DNA of 64,000 bases. Source: an uncultured Planctomycetaceae bacterium (lineage in GTDB: Bacteria > Planctomycetota > Planctomycetia > Isosphaerales > Isosphaeraceae). Position numbers and translations under genes: made by a program. The notes beneath the pieces were generated by a model. That model did not search any database and was not told where the DNA came from. It saw only the letters and a program-made list of their open reading frames with translations. The stretch spans positions 4,704,001 through 4,768,000 of the forward strand of contig CAWIAD010000002.1 in assembly GCA_963833985.1 (NCBI GenBank), in the 5' to 3' direction. Below are positions 8,963 through 18,430 of the stretch, piece by piece (positions within the stretch are counted from its first letter, which is position 1; each line of letters opens with the position of its first letter).

Positions 8963-11900
8963 TTGGCAAGGCTCAGTTCGCTCACTGTCATCTTGATTCT
9001 CGGCGCATGGGGAGCGGCGGCGGAGGGTGCATCGCCCGATGACGCGGTCTCAGCGCCGGCCACAACGGCTCGCAAGCCTGCACCGGTACCACCAATCCGG
9101 TATCTCGAAGCGGGTTCACGACTGTTTAACAGCGGCAACTTCGAGCTGGCCGCGAAGTATCTCGACGCTGCTCAGATGTATCGGGATCAGCTCCAGCCGG
9201 ATGAACAGACCACGCTGGAGGCCTACCTGAAGGAACTGTCCAAGGTCAAGGCAACGGCCGTCCCTGAGGCGGCTGCCCCCACAGCGGCCGCACCCACAGC
9301 GGCCGCACCGACGACCGCCTCTGCGCCAGCGCCTGCTCCCGCCCCGGTCCCGGCGCAGGCCGTCCCGCAGCCAACCCAGGCCCTGCCGGCCGCGGACCCC
9401 GCCCGCGGGGGCAATGGCGATGTGGCCTTCACCCCGGACGTCAAGCAGCACGCTGTCTGGGTCTTGCACCAGGCCAGGGAGCAGCTTGGTCTGCGCAATT
9501 TCGACGCGGCCGAGAAGAAGCTGGCCGAGGTCGAGAGCATGGACGTGAAGTGGGGCCTGTTTGACGACACCCCCGCCAAGGTCCGCGCAGACATGGAGAA
9601 GGAGCGGCCCCACAACCTCGCGACGATGAGCAAGCCCGCGGAGACGCTGCCGCACAATCGCGAGACGGCCCGCAACCTGCTTCGCGAAGCTCGTACCGCG
9701 CTGGCGAAGCACGAGATCGATCAGGCCGAAGCACTCGCCCGGCAAGTCAAGGGCTGGAACCTGAGCTACAGCCTCTTCGGCGAGAACCCCGACAAGGTCC
9801 TGGCCGCGGCCCACGCCCTGCGCAAGCGTGACAAGATCCGAGACACGCCCGCGCGGGAGCGCCCCAGCCAGGGGGTTTATGACGTCCTGGTCCAGGAATC
9901 ACGGCAGCTCGTGAGGATGGGCAAGCTGGACGAGGCCGAGGCCAAGGCCATTCAGGCCCAGCGCATGAACGTCGTTCCCGCGCTTTCCACCGATCGTGCG
10001 GAAGCGGTACTCCACGACATCGCCATGGCCAAGGGTCGCCAGCAGCTCGCCGCGCCGGGCTCGATTCAGGGCGCTGAACCACCGTCGGCCCTGGTTGAAC
10101 GCGAGGCGAACAACCTTCTGGACAAGGGCGATCAGGCTCGTGCCGCCACCAAGTTCGCCGAGGCGGAGAAGCTCCGGGCCAGGGAAGCCGTGGCCTCCGC
10201 TGCCCCGGCGCTGGCCTCCGCAACTCCGGTTCTGGACCCGTCGCTCCAGAGGAGCTCGAGCCGTCCCGCCGAAGCAGCGGGTGAGCTGGCGCAGCCTGCC
10301 GCCGGGCCCGCGGCGCCTGGCCTGCCGGCCGAGCCCGCGGCAGCCGCGGCTGCCCCGCCCGTACTTGCTACCCAGCCCGGGCTTGAGGCTCCCGCCCCAG
10401 GCAACGCGCCCGTCGCACTGGCACCGGCCGACCCGCCGAAGGACGCTCCGACGGCGCCCACCCAGAACAAGCCCGACGCCCTCGTCGCACTGGCACCGGC
10501 CGACCCGCCGAAGGACGCCCCGACGGCGCCCGCCCAGAACAAGCCCGATGCCCCCGTTGCGCTGGCACCCGCCGAACCACCCGCTGACGCGGCCGCGCCC
10601 GCCGCGGACGCTCCCGCCCCGGCACCCGGCACCAAGGGTCAACAACTCCTCTCCGAGGCCAGGGCGCTGTACACCAGCGGAAACTATCCCGCGGCCCGAC
10701 AGTTGGCCGACGAAGCCAGGGCCAAGCATCTCGGCGTCGACGCCCAGGCCGACGAGCTGCTGGCACAGATTGGTCTGGTGGAACAGGGCGGGGCCCTGAG
10801 CCTCTACGAGTCCGCCCTGGCGGCGATGCGGGCGGGCGACAACCGCCGCGCCCGCGCTCTCTTGACCGAGGTTGCCGCGGCCGGCTCCTCGCTCGACGAG
10901 AACCTGCTGGCCAAGGTGCAGGAACTGCTCAAGTCGCTCGCGGCCACGAGCTCTCCCAAGGGCAAGGCCGTCGTCGGTGACAGAGCCGCGGCAATTCCCG
11001 ACGCCGATGCGCTCGCTGCCCAGAAGCTCAACGCCGATGTCGGCACCAGGATCGCCGAGGCCCGGCGGTACCAGGAAACGGACCCGGACAAGGCGATCGG
11101 CATGTACGAACAGACGATGAAGACTGTTCAGGCCGCCGAGCTCTCGCCCACGCTCAAGCGCCCCATGCTTCGGCGGCTGGAAGTCGCCCTCGAGCTGGCC
11201 AAGAAGGACAAGGTCTCCTACGAGCACAAGATGCAGAACAAGCAGGAGCGCGCCGAGATCGAGCTCAAGCGGCTGCGCATCCTCGAGGCCGACAAGGCGA
11301 AGAAGACCCGCCTCAAGGACCTGCTGGAGAAGGCCCAGAGGGCGTACGCCGAAGGGAAGCTGGAGGACGCCGAGGCCTACGCCAAGCGGGCCGCCGAGGT
11401 CGACCCCGACGAGGTGACCGCCACCGTGCTCGTGTTCAAGTCGCGCACCGAGCGGCACTACAAGCAAGACCTGGCAATCCGCGGGGCCAAGGACGAGGGA
11501 GCCCAGACCGCGTTCCAGGAAGTCGACCTCGCGAGCGTGGCCGACCCCGAGGTTCAGCTCAACAACATCAAGATGCCCAGGAACTTCAAGGAGCTGACTC
11601 GCGAGCGGCTGCGGATGAACGCCAGGCTGGAAATCAAGAAAGACCCGAAAGTGCTGGCCATCGAGGCCAAGCTCAAGGACTCGATCTCGCTGAACGTCGA
11701 CAAGCAGCCGCTCAGCGAGGCGATCACCTTCTTGCAGAACTACACCGGGCTGAACATCGTGCTGGACCCGAAGGCGCTCAGCGACGAGGGACTCACGTTT
11801 GCCTCACCGGTGTCGCTGACGGTGAACAACGTGCAGCTCAAGACCGCACTGAAGCTGCTGCTGCGGCCCCTGGGGCTGACGTACCGGGTTGAGGACGAGG

Positions 11901-13693
11901 TGCTGCTGATCACCAGCCCGAGCTCCGGCACGGCCCAGATGTATCCCAAGACGTACTACGTGGGCGACCTGATCATGCCGGTGAGCAAGGGCCCGGGGAA
12001 CGCACTGGCCCCGGTCTCCAGCCAGATCGGTGCCGGGCCAGGCTCCGCCGACGTGGCCGGCGCCATGGCCCAGGTGAGTGCCCTGGGCAACCCCACCCAG
12101 GGACCCGCATCGCCGAACATGAGCATTGCCACGGGCGAACGCCCACAGGTGGACATGACGCCGCTGATCCAGCTCATCACCACCTCGATCGCTCCGGGCA
12201 CCTGGCGCGTGCAGGACTCCGCGGGCCAGGACATCTCGCCGGCGTACGGCCTGGGCCAGGGCTTTGGTGCACCGGCCGGCGGCGGTGGCGGAGCAGGCGG
12301 AGGACTGGGAGACGCCACGGAACGGCCGCCCGGTGCGATCATTCCGTTCTTCCTGAGCATCAGCTTGATCATTCGCCATACGGCCGAGGTCCATGAGCAG
12401 GTTGCCGACCTGCTCCGCCAGCTCCGCCGGCTCCAGGACCTTCAGGTCGCCATCGAGGTGCGGTTCATCACCGTGAGCGACAACTTCTTCGAGCAGATCG
12501 GCGTCGACTTCGACTTCCAGATCCTCTCGAAATCCGTTGGCAAGCACTCCACGTGGGCCTTCCCCAACCCTGCGGCTGAGCTCATCGGCGTGCCGGGCAC
12601 GCCCACGGCCGGTGGCACGGCCGGCACCACGGGCGGCGGCGTCGGCGGCGCCGGCGGTGCCGCGGGTGGAACCACCGGTGGCCTCGGCGGCGGTGCCGCG
12701 GGCGGCGGCCTCGGCGGCGGCGGCGGCGGCGGACTCGGCGGCGGTGCCGCGGGCGGCACCATCGGCGGTACCGGAGGCGTGGCGGGAGCAGGCGGTGCCG
12801 CGGGCGGTGCCGCCGGCGGCGCCGCCGGCGGCGGCGGCGCCGGGGGTACCTCGACCCCGGCTTACCTGGTCAATCCGGTCCGCGATTACGCCTATGGCAA
12901 CCGAACCCCGATCGTCGTCGGCACGGCGGGAGGCGGGTTGCAGAACTTCTCCAACAATCTGGCGATCCCCTTCAATAACACGAATGCCTCGCTGATCGCG
13001 CCCACCAATGCCATCCCCGGCTCGGGCGCCACGCTCGGCCTGGCCTTCCTGAGCGACCTGGAGGTCTACTTCTTCCTCACGGCCGCGCAGGGCGATACCC
13101 GCGCCAACGTGCTGCAAGCGCCGAAGATCACCACGTTCAATGGTGCCTCGGCCACCATCCTGAACGCCCAGTTGCAGTGGTACATCTCGACCCTGACGCC
13201 GGTCGTCGGTCCCGGATCGGTGGCCTTCGTGCCATCGCCGGCACCGCTGCCCAACGGCGTGGTCTTGACCGTCACGCCGGTCGTTTCGGCTGACCGCCGC
13301 TACGTCCGCATGACGCTCTCGCCGACGTTCAACACGATCTCGGGCTTCACCACGATCCAGGTTCCAGCGGCCGTCGGCGGTAGCGGTCTGGGTGGTGGCG
13401 CCGCAAGCATCAACGCCACGCTCCAGCTGCCCCAGACGAACACCACCCTGGTGACCACGACCGTCACGGTCCCCGACGGCGGCACGGTGCTCCTGGGCGG
13501 CGTCAAGCAGCTCAACGAGCAGCGCCTGGAGTACGGCGTGCCGGTTCTCTCCAAGGTGCCCTGGATTGACCGCCTCTTCCGGAATGTCGGGATCGGCCGG
13601 ATCACCACCAGCCTGATGCTCATGGTCACGCCCCGCATCATCATCCTGGAGGAGGAAGAGGAAAAACTCGGCATCCCGTCCACCGCCCTCTGA
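8963..13693 (+). CDS. Very large secretin (GspD/PilQ family) with an N-terminal TPR-like/helical region
   Basis: The TTG start lies 5 nt after AAGGAGG and gives a signal peptide. An STN-like segment (PLSEAITFL…NIVLD), an N3-like segment (HEQVADLLRQLRRLQDLQVAIEVRFITV) and the secretin C domain (LQAPKITTFNG, VTVPDGGTVLLGG, VPVLSKVPWIDRLF, LMLMVTPRII) are present. Confidence 0.9.
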   Translation: MARLSSLTVILILGAWGAAAEGASPDDAVSAPATTARKPAPVPPIRYLEAGSRLFNSGNFELAAKYLDAAQMYRDQLQPDEQTTLEAYLKELSKVKATAVPEAAAPTAAAPTAAAPTTASAPAPAPAPVPAQAVPQPTQALPAADPARGGNGDVAFTPDVKQHAVWVLHQAREQLGLRNFDAAEKKLAEVESMDVKWGLFDDTPAKVRADMEKERPHNLATMSKPAETLPHNRETARNLLREARTALAKHEIDQAEALARQVKGWNLSYSLFGENPDKVLAAAHALRKRDKIRDTPARERPSQGVYDVLVQESRQLVRMGKLDEAEAKAIQAQRMNVVPALSTDRAEAVLHDIAMAKGRQQLAAPGSIQGAEPPSALVEREANNLLDKGDQARAATKFAEAEKLRAREAVASAAPALASATPVLDPSLQRSSSRPAEAAGELAQPAAGPAAPGLPAEPAAAAAAPPVLATQPGLEAPAPGNAPVALAPADPPKDAPTAPTQNKPDALVALAPADPPKDAPTAPAQNKPDAPVALAPAEPPADAAAPAADAPAPAPGTKGQQLLSEARALYTSGNYPAARQLADEARAKHLGVDAQADELLAQIGLVEQGGALSLYESALAAMRAGDNRRARALLTEVAAAGSSLDENLLAKVQELLKSLAATSSPKGKAVVGDRAAAIPDADALAAQKLNADVGTRIAEARRYQETDPDKAIGMYEQTMKTVQAAELSPTLKRPMLRRLEVALELAKKDKVSYEHKMQNKQERAEIELKRLRILEADKAKKTRLKDLLEKAQRAYAEGKLEDAEAYAKRAAEVDPDEVTATVLVFKSRTERHYKQDLAIRGAKDEGAQTAFQEVDLASVADPEVQLNNIKMPRNFKELTRERLRMNARLEIKKDPKVLAIEAKLKDSISLNVDKQPLSEAITFLQNYTGLNIVLDPKALSDEGLTFASPVSLTVNNVQLKTALKLLLRPLGLTYRVEDEVLLITSPSSGTAQMYPKTYYVGDLIMPVSKGPGNALAPVSSQIGAGPGSADVAGAMAQVSALGNPTQGPASPNMSIATGERPQVDMTPLIQLITTSIAPGTWRVQDSAGQDISPAYGLGQGFGAPAGGGGGAGGGLGDATERPPGAIIPFFLSISLIIRHTAEVHEQVADLLRQLRRLQDLQVAIEVRFITVSDNFFEQIGVDFDFQILSKSVGKHSTWAFPNPAAELIGVPGTPTAGGTAGTTGGGVGGAGGAAGGTTGGLGGGAAGGGLGGGGGGGLGGGAAGGTIGGTGGVAGAGGAAGGAAGGAAGGGGAGGTSTPAYLVNPVRDYAYGNRTPIVVGTAGGGLQNFSNNLAIPFNNTNASLIAPTNAIPGSGATLGLAFLSDLEVYFFLTAAQGDTRANVLQAPKITTFNGASATILNAQLQWYISTLTPVVGPGSVAFVPSPAPLPNGVVLTVTPVVSADRRYVRMTLSPTFNTISGFTTIQVPAAVGGSGLGGGAASINATLQLPQTNTTLVTTTVTVPDGGTVLLGGVKQLNEQRLEYGVPVLSKVPWIDRLFRNVGIGRITTSLMLMVTPRIIILEEEEEKLGIPSTAL
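10406..10580 (+). repeat. 72-bp intragenic tandem repeat (~2.4 copies; VALAPADPPKDAPTAPxQNKPDA)
   Basis: GTCGCACTGGCACCGGCCGACCCGCCGAAGGACGC occurs at 10412 and 10484, with a degenerate third copy at 10556. Confidence 0.9.
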
Positions 13694-13897
13694 GCCTCGC
13701 GGCCAACGAGGTGGACCTTCGCTGACGTTGCTGGGCCGCCGGAGATTCCCTCCGGCGGCCCATCGTCGTTCCCCGGCGCAGCGATTTCTCTTGAACAATC
13801 CCGAGCGCTCGATGATGCTACGAGCAGACCCCTGCCGGGATCCCCCCCGCCGCGACGAGCCCGGGCGATCCGGCCGGAACGAAATCGCGAGAGCTCC

Positions 13898-14590
13898 ATG
13901 GCCATCTTGCTTTGCTTCCTGTGCCTGCTGAACGTGGGCGGCCCGCTGCCCCGGGACGAGCCCTCCCAGCGCCCCGGCGCCACCATGATGGAACCCGACC
14001 CGCACTGGAAGTCGCTCGGGCGCAGCCTCTGGTTCGACCCGGAAAAGAAGCAGCTCATCATCCGCGCACGGGTCGTGCTACGCGAGGGGCAACTGGAACA
14101 CCTGCTGAGCATCAAGGGATTCAAGGATCACGAGTCGATCCTGGGGACCGACGCCGAGCCCTGGCAGATCCACACCGGCTTGCTCCTGACCGGCGCCGAG
14201 CCGGGACACCCTGCCCGGTTCGAGCCAAAGTTCGAGGCCCCCACCGGCGCGCCCATCACGATCGAACTGCTCTGGATCGCCGCGGGGAAACCCGCTCTCA
14301 CCGACGCGCGGACCTGGGTCAAGGATGAGAAGACCGGCAAGCCGCTGGCGCGGCGGTGGGTGTTCGCCGGCAGCGACTTCTATGACGACCCGATCCGCAA
14401 GAAGCGGGTCTACGCCGCCGAGGATGGCAACCTCATCACTGTCGCCAATTTCGGCAGCTCCATCCTCGACCTGCCCCTGGCAAGCTCGTCGGATAACGCG
14501 GAGCGGGTTTATTCCGCCAACACGGCGCAAGTGCCGGCGCTGGGCACCGAGGTGTTTTTGCGACTTGGCCCCGCGCGCCGGAACCGGTGA
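13898..14590 (+). CDS. YdjY-domain protein
   Basis: Motif pattern LREGQLEHLL…KDHESIL…IHTGLLLTGAEPG…WVFAGS…GNLITVANF, with a signal-like N-terminus. Confidence 0.7.
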   Translation: MAILLCFLCLLNVGGPLPRDEPSQRPGATMMEPDPHWKSLGRSLWFDPEKKQLIIRARVVLREGQLEHLLSIKGFKDHESILGTDAEPWQIHTGLLLTGAEPGHPARFEPKFEAPTGAPITIELLWIAAGKPALTDARTWVKDEKTGKPLARRWVFAGSDFYDDPIRKKRVYAAEDGNLITVANFGSSILDLPLASSSDNAERVYSANTAQVPALGTEVFLRLGPARRNR

Positions 14591-14622
14591 AGCAAACGCC
14601 GTAGCCGACGTCACCACTTTGT

Positions 14623-14847
14623 CTATTCGCACCGCAGGGCGCACCAGAGCCCCAGAGGGTGAAACTGGGCGTCCGCGGGACGCTCCTTGAGTCGCTCCCA
14701 TTCCTCAACGGACCAGATTAACAACGTGGCCGGAAATCCATTGATCCGCCACCGCAACGTCGGGGTCGCGGGTTGCTCATCCCTGAAGACATGCAGGTGG
14801 ACTGCGTGATGACGAGTCGGCATGCACGCACACGGAATCTTGCTCAT
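14623..14847 (-). CDS. Small hypothetical protein (74 aa)
   Basis: Strong RBS (GAGGAGG) upstream of the ATG, an intergenic position, and a non-repetitive Trp-rich sequence. Confidence 0.55.
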   Translation of the reverse strand: MSKIPCACMPTRHHAVHLHVFRDEQPATPTLRWRINGFPATLLIWSVEEWERLKERPADAQFHPLGLWCALRCE

Positions 14848-15248
14848 CGCGTGTTCCTCCTCGAACTCGATGGGTCCTCATTGACCATGGTCGATCGCCG
14901 GGCATGGGTCAGGCGGGGTTCATGAAATGAGCGGTGTCATGGTCACGGAATCGTTCGACTGCCCGCGCTGGCGTCCTCCAGACCGGACCGCCACTCGTCA
15001 AGACTCAACGCCAATCCATCATCGATTCACGACTGAGCCGACGAACCTACGCATGCATGCAGCTTGTTCCGTACTCCAGGCAGGGAAAGATCGAATGTGC
15101 TGGCTCCCATGAACGCTCATTCCATGTAGCCTCTATTCTATTGCTTTATAAAACAGGTTCGTCAAGTGATGAGTGCTTGTTTTTCTTGATCTGGCGGTAA
15201 GTACGCCAACGCGGCCGATACAACTGTTGTGTCCGGAGTGCTCGTCGG

Positions 15249-16166
15249 ATGCTGCCATCGGGATTGCTTTCCACCAGGGAGTTGACCAAGGCTTATGGAG
15301 ACTTCATCGCGTTGCGGCAGCTTTCGCTGGACGTGAGGCAAGGCGAAGTTTTCGGGCTGCTTGGTCCCAACGGCTCGGGCAAGACGACGACGATCCGGCT
15401 GCTCCTGGGGCTCTTGCGTCCCACGCAGGGCTCCGCGAGCATTTTTGGGCTCGACTGCTGGCGGCAGAGTGTGCAGGTCCGCCGGCTGGTCTCGTACCTG
15501 CCTGGCGAATTGCGGATGTACGGATCGATGACGGGACTGGCCGTCTTGCGCTTCCTTTCCGACCTCCGCGACGGCGACGGTATCGACAGGGCGGTCGCCA
15601 TCGCCGAGCAGGTGATGGCGCTGAATCTGAACAAGAAGGTGCGTGCCTATTCCACGGGCATGAAGCAGAAACTGGCACTCGCCCTGGCGTTCTCTGACCC
15701 TGTGGACATCCTCATTCTCGATGAACCGACCTCGGCGCTGGACCCGTCGGCCCGCGGAGACGTGCTGCGACTGGTACGCGAGGCGCGATCGCAGGGGCAG
15801 ACCGTGATCTTCTCCGGCCACGTCCTCTCGGAGGTGGAGGCGGTCGCTGATCGCGTGGCCATCCTGCGCCGGGGTCGCCTCATGCACATCGAGGACATGC
15901 ACGCCCGGCGCAGCCTGCGGATGCTCTTGATCCGGTTCGCCAACGAGGTCCCGGCCGCGCTCCCGGCGGAACTCGATCTCGCGATCCGGGAACAGAACGG
16001 CACGACCCTCTTGCTGGAGCATCGCGGTCCGCTCGGTCCCCTGCTGCACTGGCTGAGCGTCGAGCCGGTCGCCGACCTCGCCATCGGCACCGAGGACCTG
16101 TCGAGCCTTTACAACCAGTATCACGGGGCCGAGGCTAAAGACGACGACATGGAGCCGCTGCTGTGA
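15249..16166 (+). CDS. ABC transporter ATP-binding protein
   Basis: Walker A GPNGSGKTT, signature YSTGMKQKL, Walker B ILILDEPT, H-loop SGH. Confidence 0.95.
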   Translation: MLPSGLLSTRELTKAYGDFIALRQLSLDVRQGEVFGLLGPNGSGKTTTIRLLLGLLRPTQGSASIFGLDCWRQSVQVRRLVSYLPGELRMYGSMTGLAVLRFLSDLRDGDGIDRAVAIAEQVMALNLNKKVRAYSTGMKQKLALALAFSDPVDILILDEPTSALDPSARGDVLRLVREARSQGQTVIFSGHVLSEVEAVADRVAILRRGRLMHIEDMHARRSLRMLLIRFANEVPAALPAELDLAIREQNGTTLLLEHRGPLGPLLHWLSVEPVADLAIGTEDLSSLYNQYHGAEAKDDDMEPLL

Positions 16167-16999
16167 GACCTTTCTTCGCGTTATTGCGCAAGCACCTGCA
16201 CGACACGCGCGGCACCCTGGCCCTCTCCGGGGCCGTGCTCTTTGCCCTCGGCTGGCTGTTCGTCTTCGTGACCTCGCTGAACGAGGCCGAGATCCTCAAG
16301 GCGCTCGCCTCGGAGGGTGAAGAAAGCCGCTTCCGGTGGATCCGGAACCTGGGCCTGGCCGAGCAGCCGTCGTCCGTCTCGATCATGATGAGCTTCTGGG
16401 CCCATCCCTTCATCATCGCGATCATCGGCTTCTGGGCCATCGGGCGCGGCTCGATTGCCGTCGGTGCCGAGGTGGAGCGCGGCACGCTCGACCTGATCCT
16501 CTCCCGGCCGGTCTCGCGCAGCTCGTACCTGCTGAGCCACGTGCTGATGGCCATTTGCGGACTGCTGGTGCTGGGCCTTGCCCTGGCCTGCGGAGCCCGC
16601 GTTGGCGCCCACTACAACTTCCTCCGCGTTCCCATCGATACCTGGACGCTCGTCAAGCCCGCGTTCAACCTGGCCGTGCTGGGCCTGCCGATCTACGGCT
16701 ACACGCTGCTGGCGTCGTCGCTCGATCACGTCCGCTGGCGTCCCATGATGTTCGGATCCGCGCTGACGATGGCCATGTTCATCGCCTGGGTGGTCTCGGT
16801 GATCCCGGTCCTCCAGAAGTACACCTGGCGAAGCTATCTCGAGCGAGTGACGATCTTCAAGCTTTACAACCCCGTCGACGCCGTCACCACCGCCGAGAAG
16901 CTCAACTTCAACCTTGCCGTCCTCGCCGCCCTCGGCCTGGCCTGCGTCATCCTCGCCTTCCTTGCCTTCGTGCGCCGCGACCTGCCGGCGAACGGATAA
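16163..16999 (+). CDS. ABC-2 type transporter permease
   Basis: About six TM segments, the motif EVERGTLDLILSRPVSR, a C-terminal FVRRDL, and a 4-bp overlap with the ATPase. Confidence 0.9.
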   Translation: MRPFFALLRKHLHDTRGTLALSGAVLFALGWLFVFVTSLNEAEILKALASEGEESRFRWIRNLGLAEQPSSVSIMMSFWAHPFIIAIIGFWAIGRGSIAVGAEVERGTLDLILSRPVSRSSYLLSHVLMAICGLLVLGLALACGARVGAHYNFLRVPIDTWTLVKPAFNLAVLGLPIYGYTLLASSLDHVRWRPMMFGSALTMAMFIAWVVSVIPVLQKYTWRSYLERVTIFKLYNPVDAVTTAEKLNFNLAVLAALGLACVILAFLAFVRRDLPANG

Positions 17000-17060
17000 A
17001 CGAAGGCGACGGCGCGCTTTGGCTCACGCAATTCCCGGGAAATCCGTACCGAGGGGCGGA

Positions 17061-17120
17061 CGGGGTCAGACCCCGCGAAGCAGGTCTGACCCCGCAAAGC
17101 AGACTCCGCGAAGCAGGGGT
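17061..17120. repeat. REP-like palindrome (family A: GGGGTCAGACC…GGTCTGACCCC) with three GAC(C/T)CCGC(G/A)AAGCA units
   Basis: Inverted pair at 17062-17072 and 17083-17093. Direct units end in AAGCA at 17082, 17101 and 17115. Confidence 0.7.
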
Positions 17121-17385
17121 GCGGTGCCGGAATGAGAATGGACTTGCGTCGCTGATCCTCGTTTTGCGTTTTGGTACACTGAATAGGTTGGATCGGAGAT
17201 TGAACTTCGAGTTTCGTCATGGGGCGCGCTTTGCGCTGCAAGGAAATCGCCATCCGGACCGACCGGTACCATCATCACGTCCAATGGACCGACCCGCGTA
17301 TTCATGAGCAGAAAAGGAAGGCGCTTTGGCGACCCGGCTCGATAGGGACAACTGAGACGGCCCGAGAATCGAGGAGGCAAGCGAG

Positions 17386-17826
17386 ATGGCAACAGGGGAT
17401 GTCAGGGCGACGGACCTGCCGCCGGAGGTCGACAACTGGCTGGAGCTACTGAATGGTTTAGTAGATAACGTCAAGACATGGGCGGAGGCAGCCGGTTGGG
17501 AGACCCGCCTGACCGGCAGGGACGTTCACGAAAACGGTGTCGTCCGATACGAGGTCCCGGTCCTGGTGCTGAACCGCGACGAAGCCGAGGTCTCGCTGGT
17601 CCCCGTTGCCCGCAAGGTTCCCGGGGCCGATGGCCTGGTCGACTTCTATTTGATGCCAGACTTCGACGACGTGGCCAGCCTCTACCGGGAAACAGGCCAG
17701 TGGTTCTTTCACTACGCTTTCCACCCCGACCCGAGGGAGACCCATTCGGTGATCGAGACCGAACGGTTCCTCCTGGACGAAGCAAGCCTCATTCGCGTGC
17801 TGAACGACATCGCCGCCCATGCCTAA
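17386..17826 (+). CDS. Hypothetical protein, acidic, coupled to the downstream HEPN-like gene
   Basis: RBS GAGGAGG. The stop codon overlaps the next start (ATGCCTAA). No family motif recognised. Confidence 0.8.
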   Translation: MATGDVRATDLPPEVDNWLELLNGLVDNVKTWAEAAGWETRLTGRDVHENGVVRYEVPVLVLNRDEAEVSLVPVARKVPGADGLVDFYLMPDFDDVASLYRETGQWFFHYAFHPDPRETHSVIETERFLLDEASLIRVLNDIAAHA

Positions 17827-18301
17827 CCTCTACAGCGTGCGGTTCAAAATCGACGAGGCGTTCGCCGAGTACAAGGTTGCTTTGACGGCGCTGACCCGCT
17901 TCCAGGCGGGCGTCCAGAGCGCCCAGCCGGATTTCTCGTTGCCCAAAGGGACGCAGCCGCACCACCTCGACCGGGCTGTCGAGGAACTGGAAGGCACGTA
18001 CCTGATCCGGATGTGGGCTGTTTTCGAAGCGGCCTGGGTGTCGTTCTGGCGGCACCACTCCGGCCGTCTGGGCACAATCAAGGCGATGCATCTGATCCAG
18101 TGGGCGCAAGGTGTCGAGGAGGGCCACAAGGCTGCCGACGATGTCACGGACGACGTCGACCGGGTCCGCCTGTACCGGAACTTCCTGGTTCACGGCGATA
18201 ACCTGGCACCGCGCGTGGCTATCGGGGACGCCAAGAAGTACCTCAACAGGCACCTTGTCAAGCTACCCGACCACTGGCCCGGGGCGGACGACGACGACTG
18301 A
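17819..18301 (+). CDS. Putative HEPN-superfamily RNase
   Basis: Helical 160-aa protein with YLIRMWAVFE (conserved Glu helix) and RNFLVH (R-x4-H). Confidence 0.65.
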   Translation: MPNLYSVRFKIDEAFAEYKVALTALTRFQAGVQSAQPDFSLPKGTQPHHLDRAVEELEGTYLIRMWAVFEAAWVSFWRHHSGRLGTIKAMHLIQWAQGVEEGHKAADDVTDDVDRVRLYRNFLVHGDNLAPRVAIGDAKKYLNRHLVKLPDHWPGADDDD

Positions 18302-18391
18302 TCTCCCGGTTGACACACGTCAAGAGACGCAACCCTTCGCCCGCATTTCTCACTCATATCATTCGGACTGAGTTGAGGCAGTGCGGCAGAT

Positions 18392-18426
18392 GGGGTCTGG
18401 CAGATATGGTCTGACCCCGTGAAGCA
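18392..18426. repeat. REP-like element (family A), a direct copy of the 17083-17101 motif
   Basis: GGGGTC…GACCCC stem. GGTCTGACCCCGTGAAGCA matches GGTCTGACCCCGCAAAGCA at 17 of 19 positions. Confidence 0.7.
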
Positions 18427-18430
18427 TTAA

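Noticed and set aside
11804..14005. Long antisense or alternative-frame ORFs (e.g. 11804..14005, 4413..6041, 28340..29989, 40013..41938, 43008..45368, 61158..63203)
   Set aside because: These are shadow ORFs typical of high-GC coding DNA. They lie opposite well-supported genes and show no motifs.
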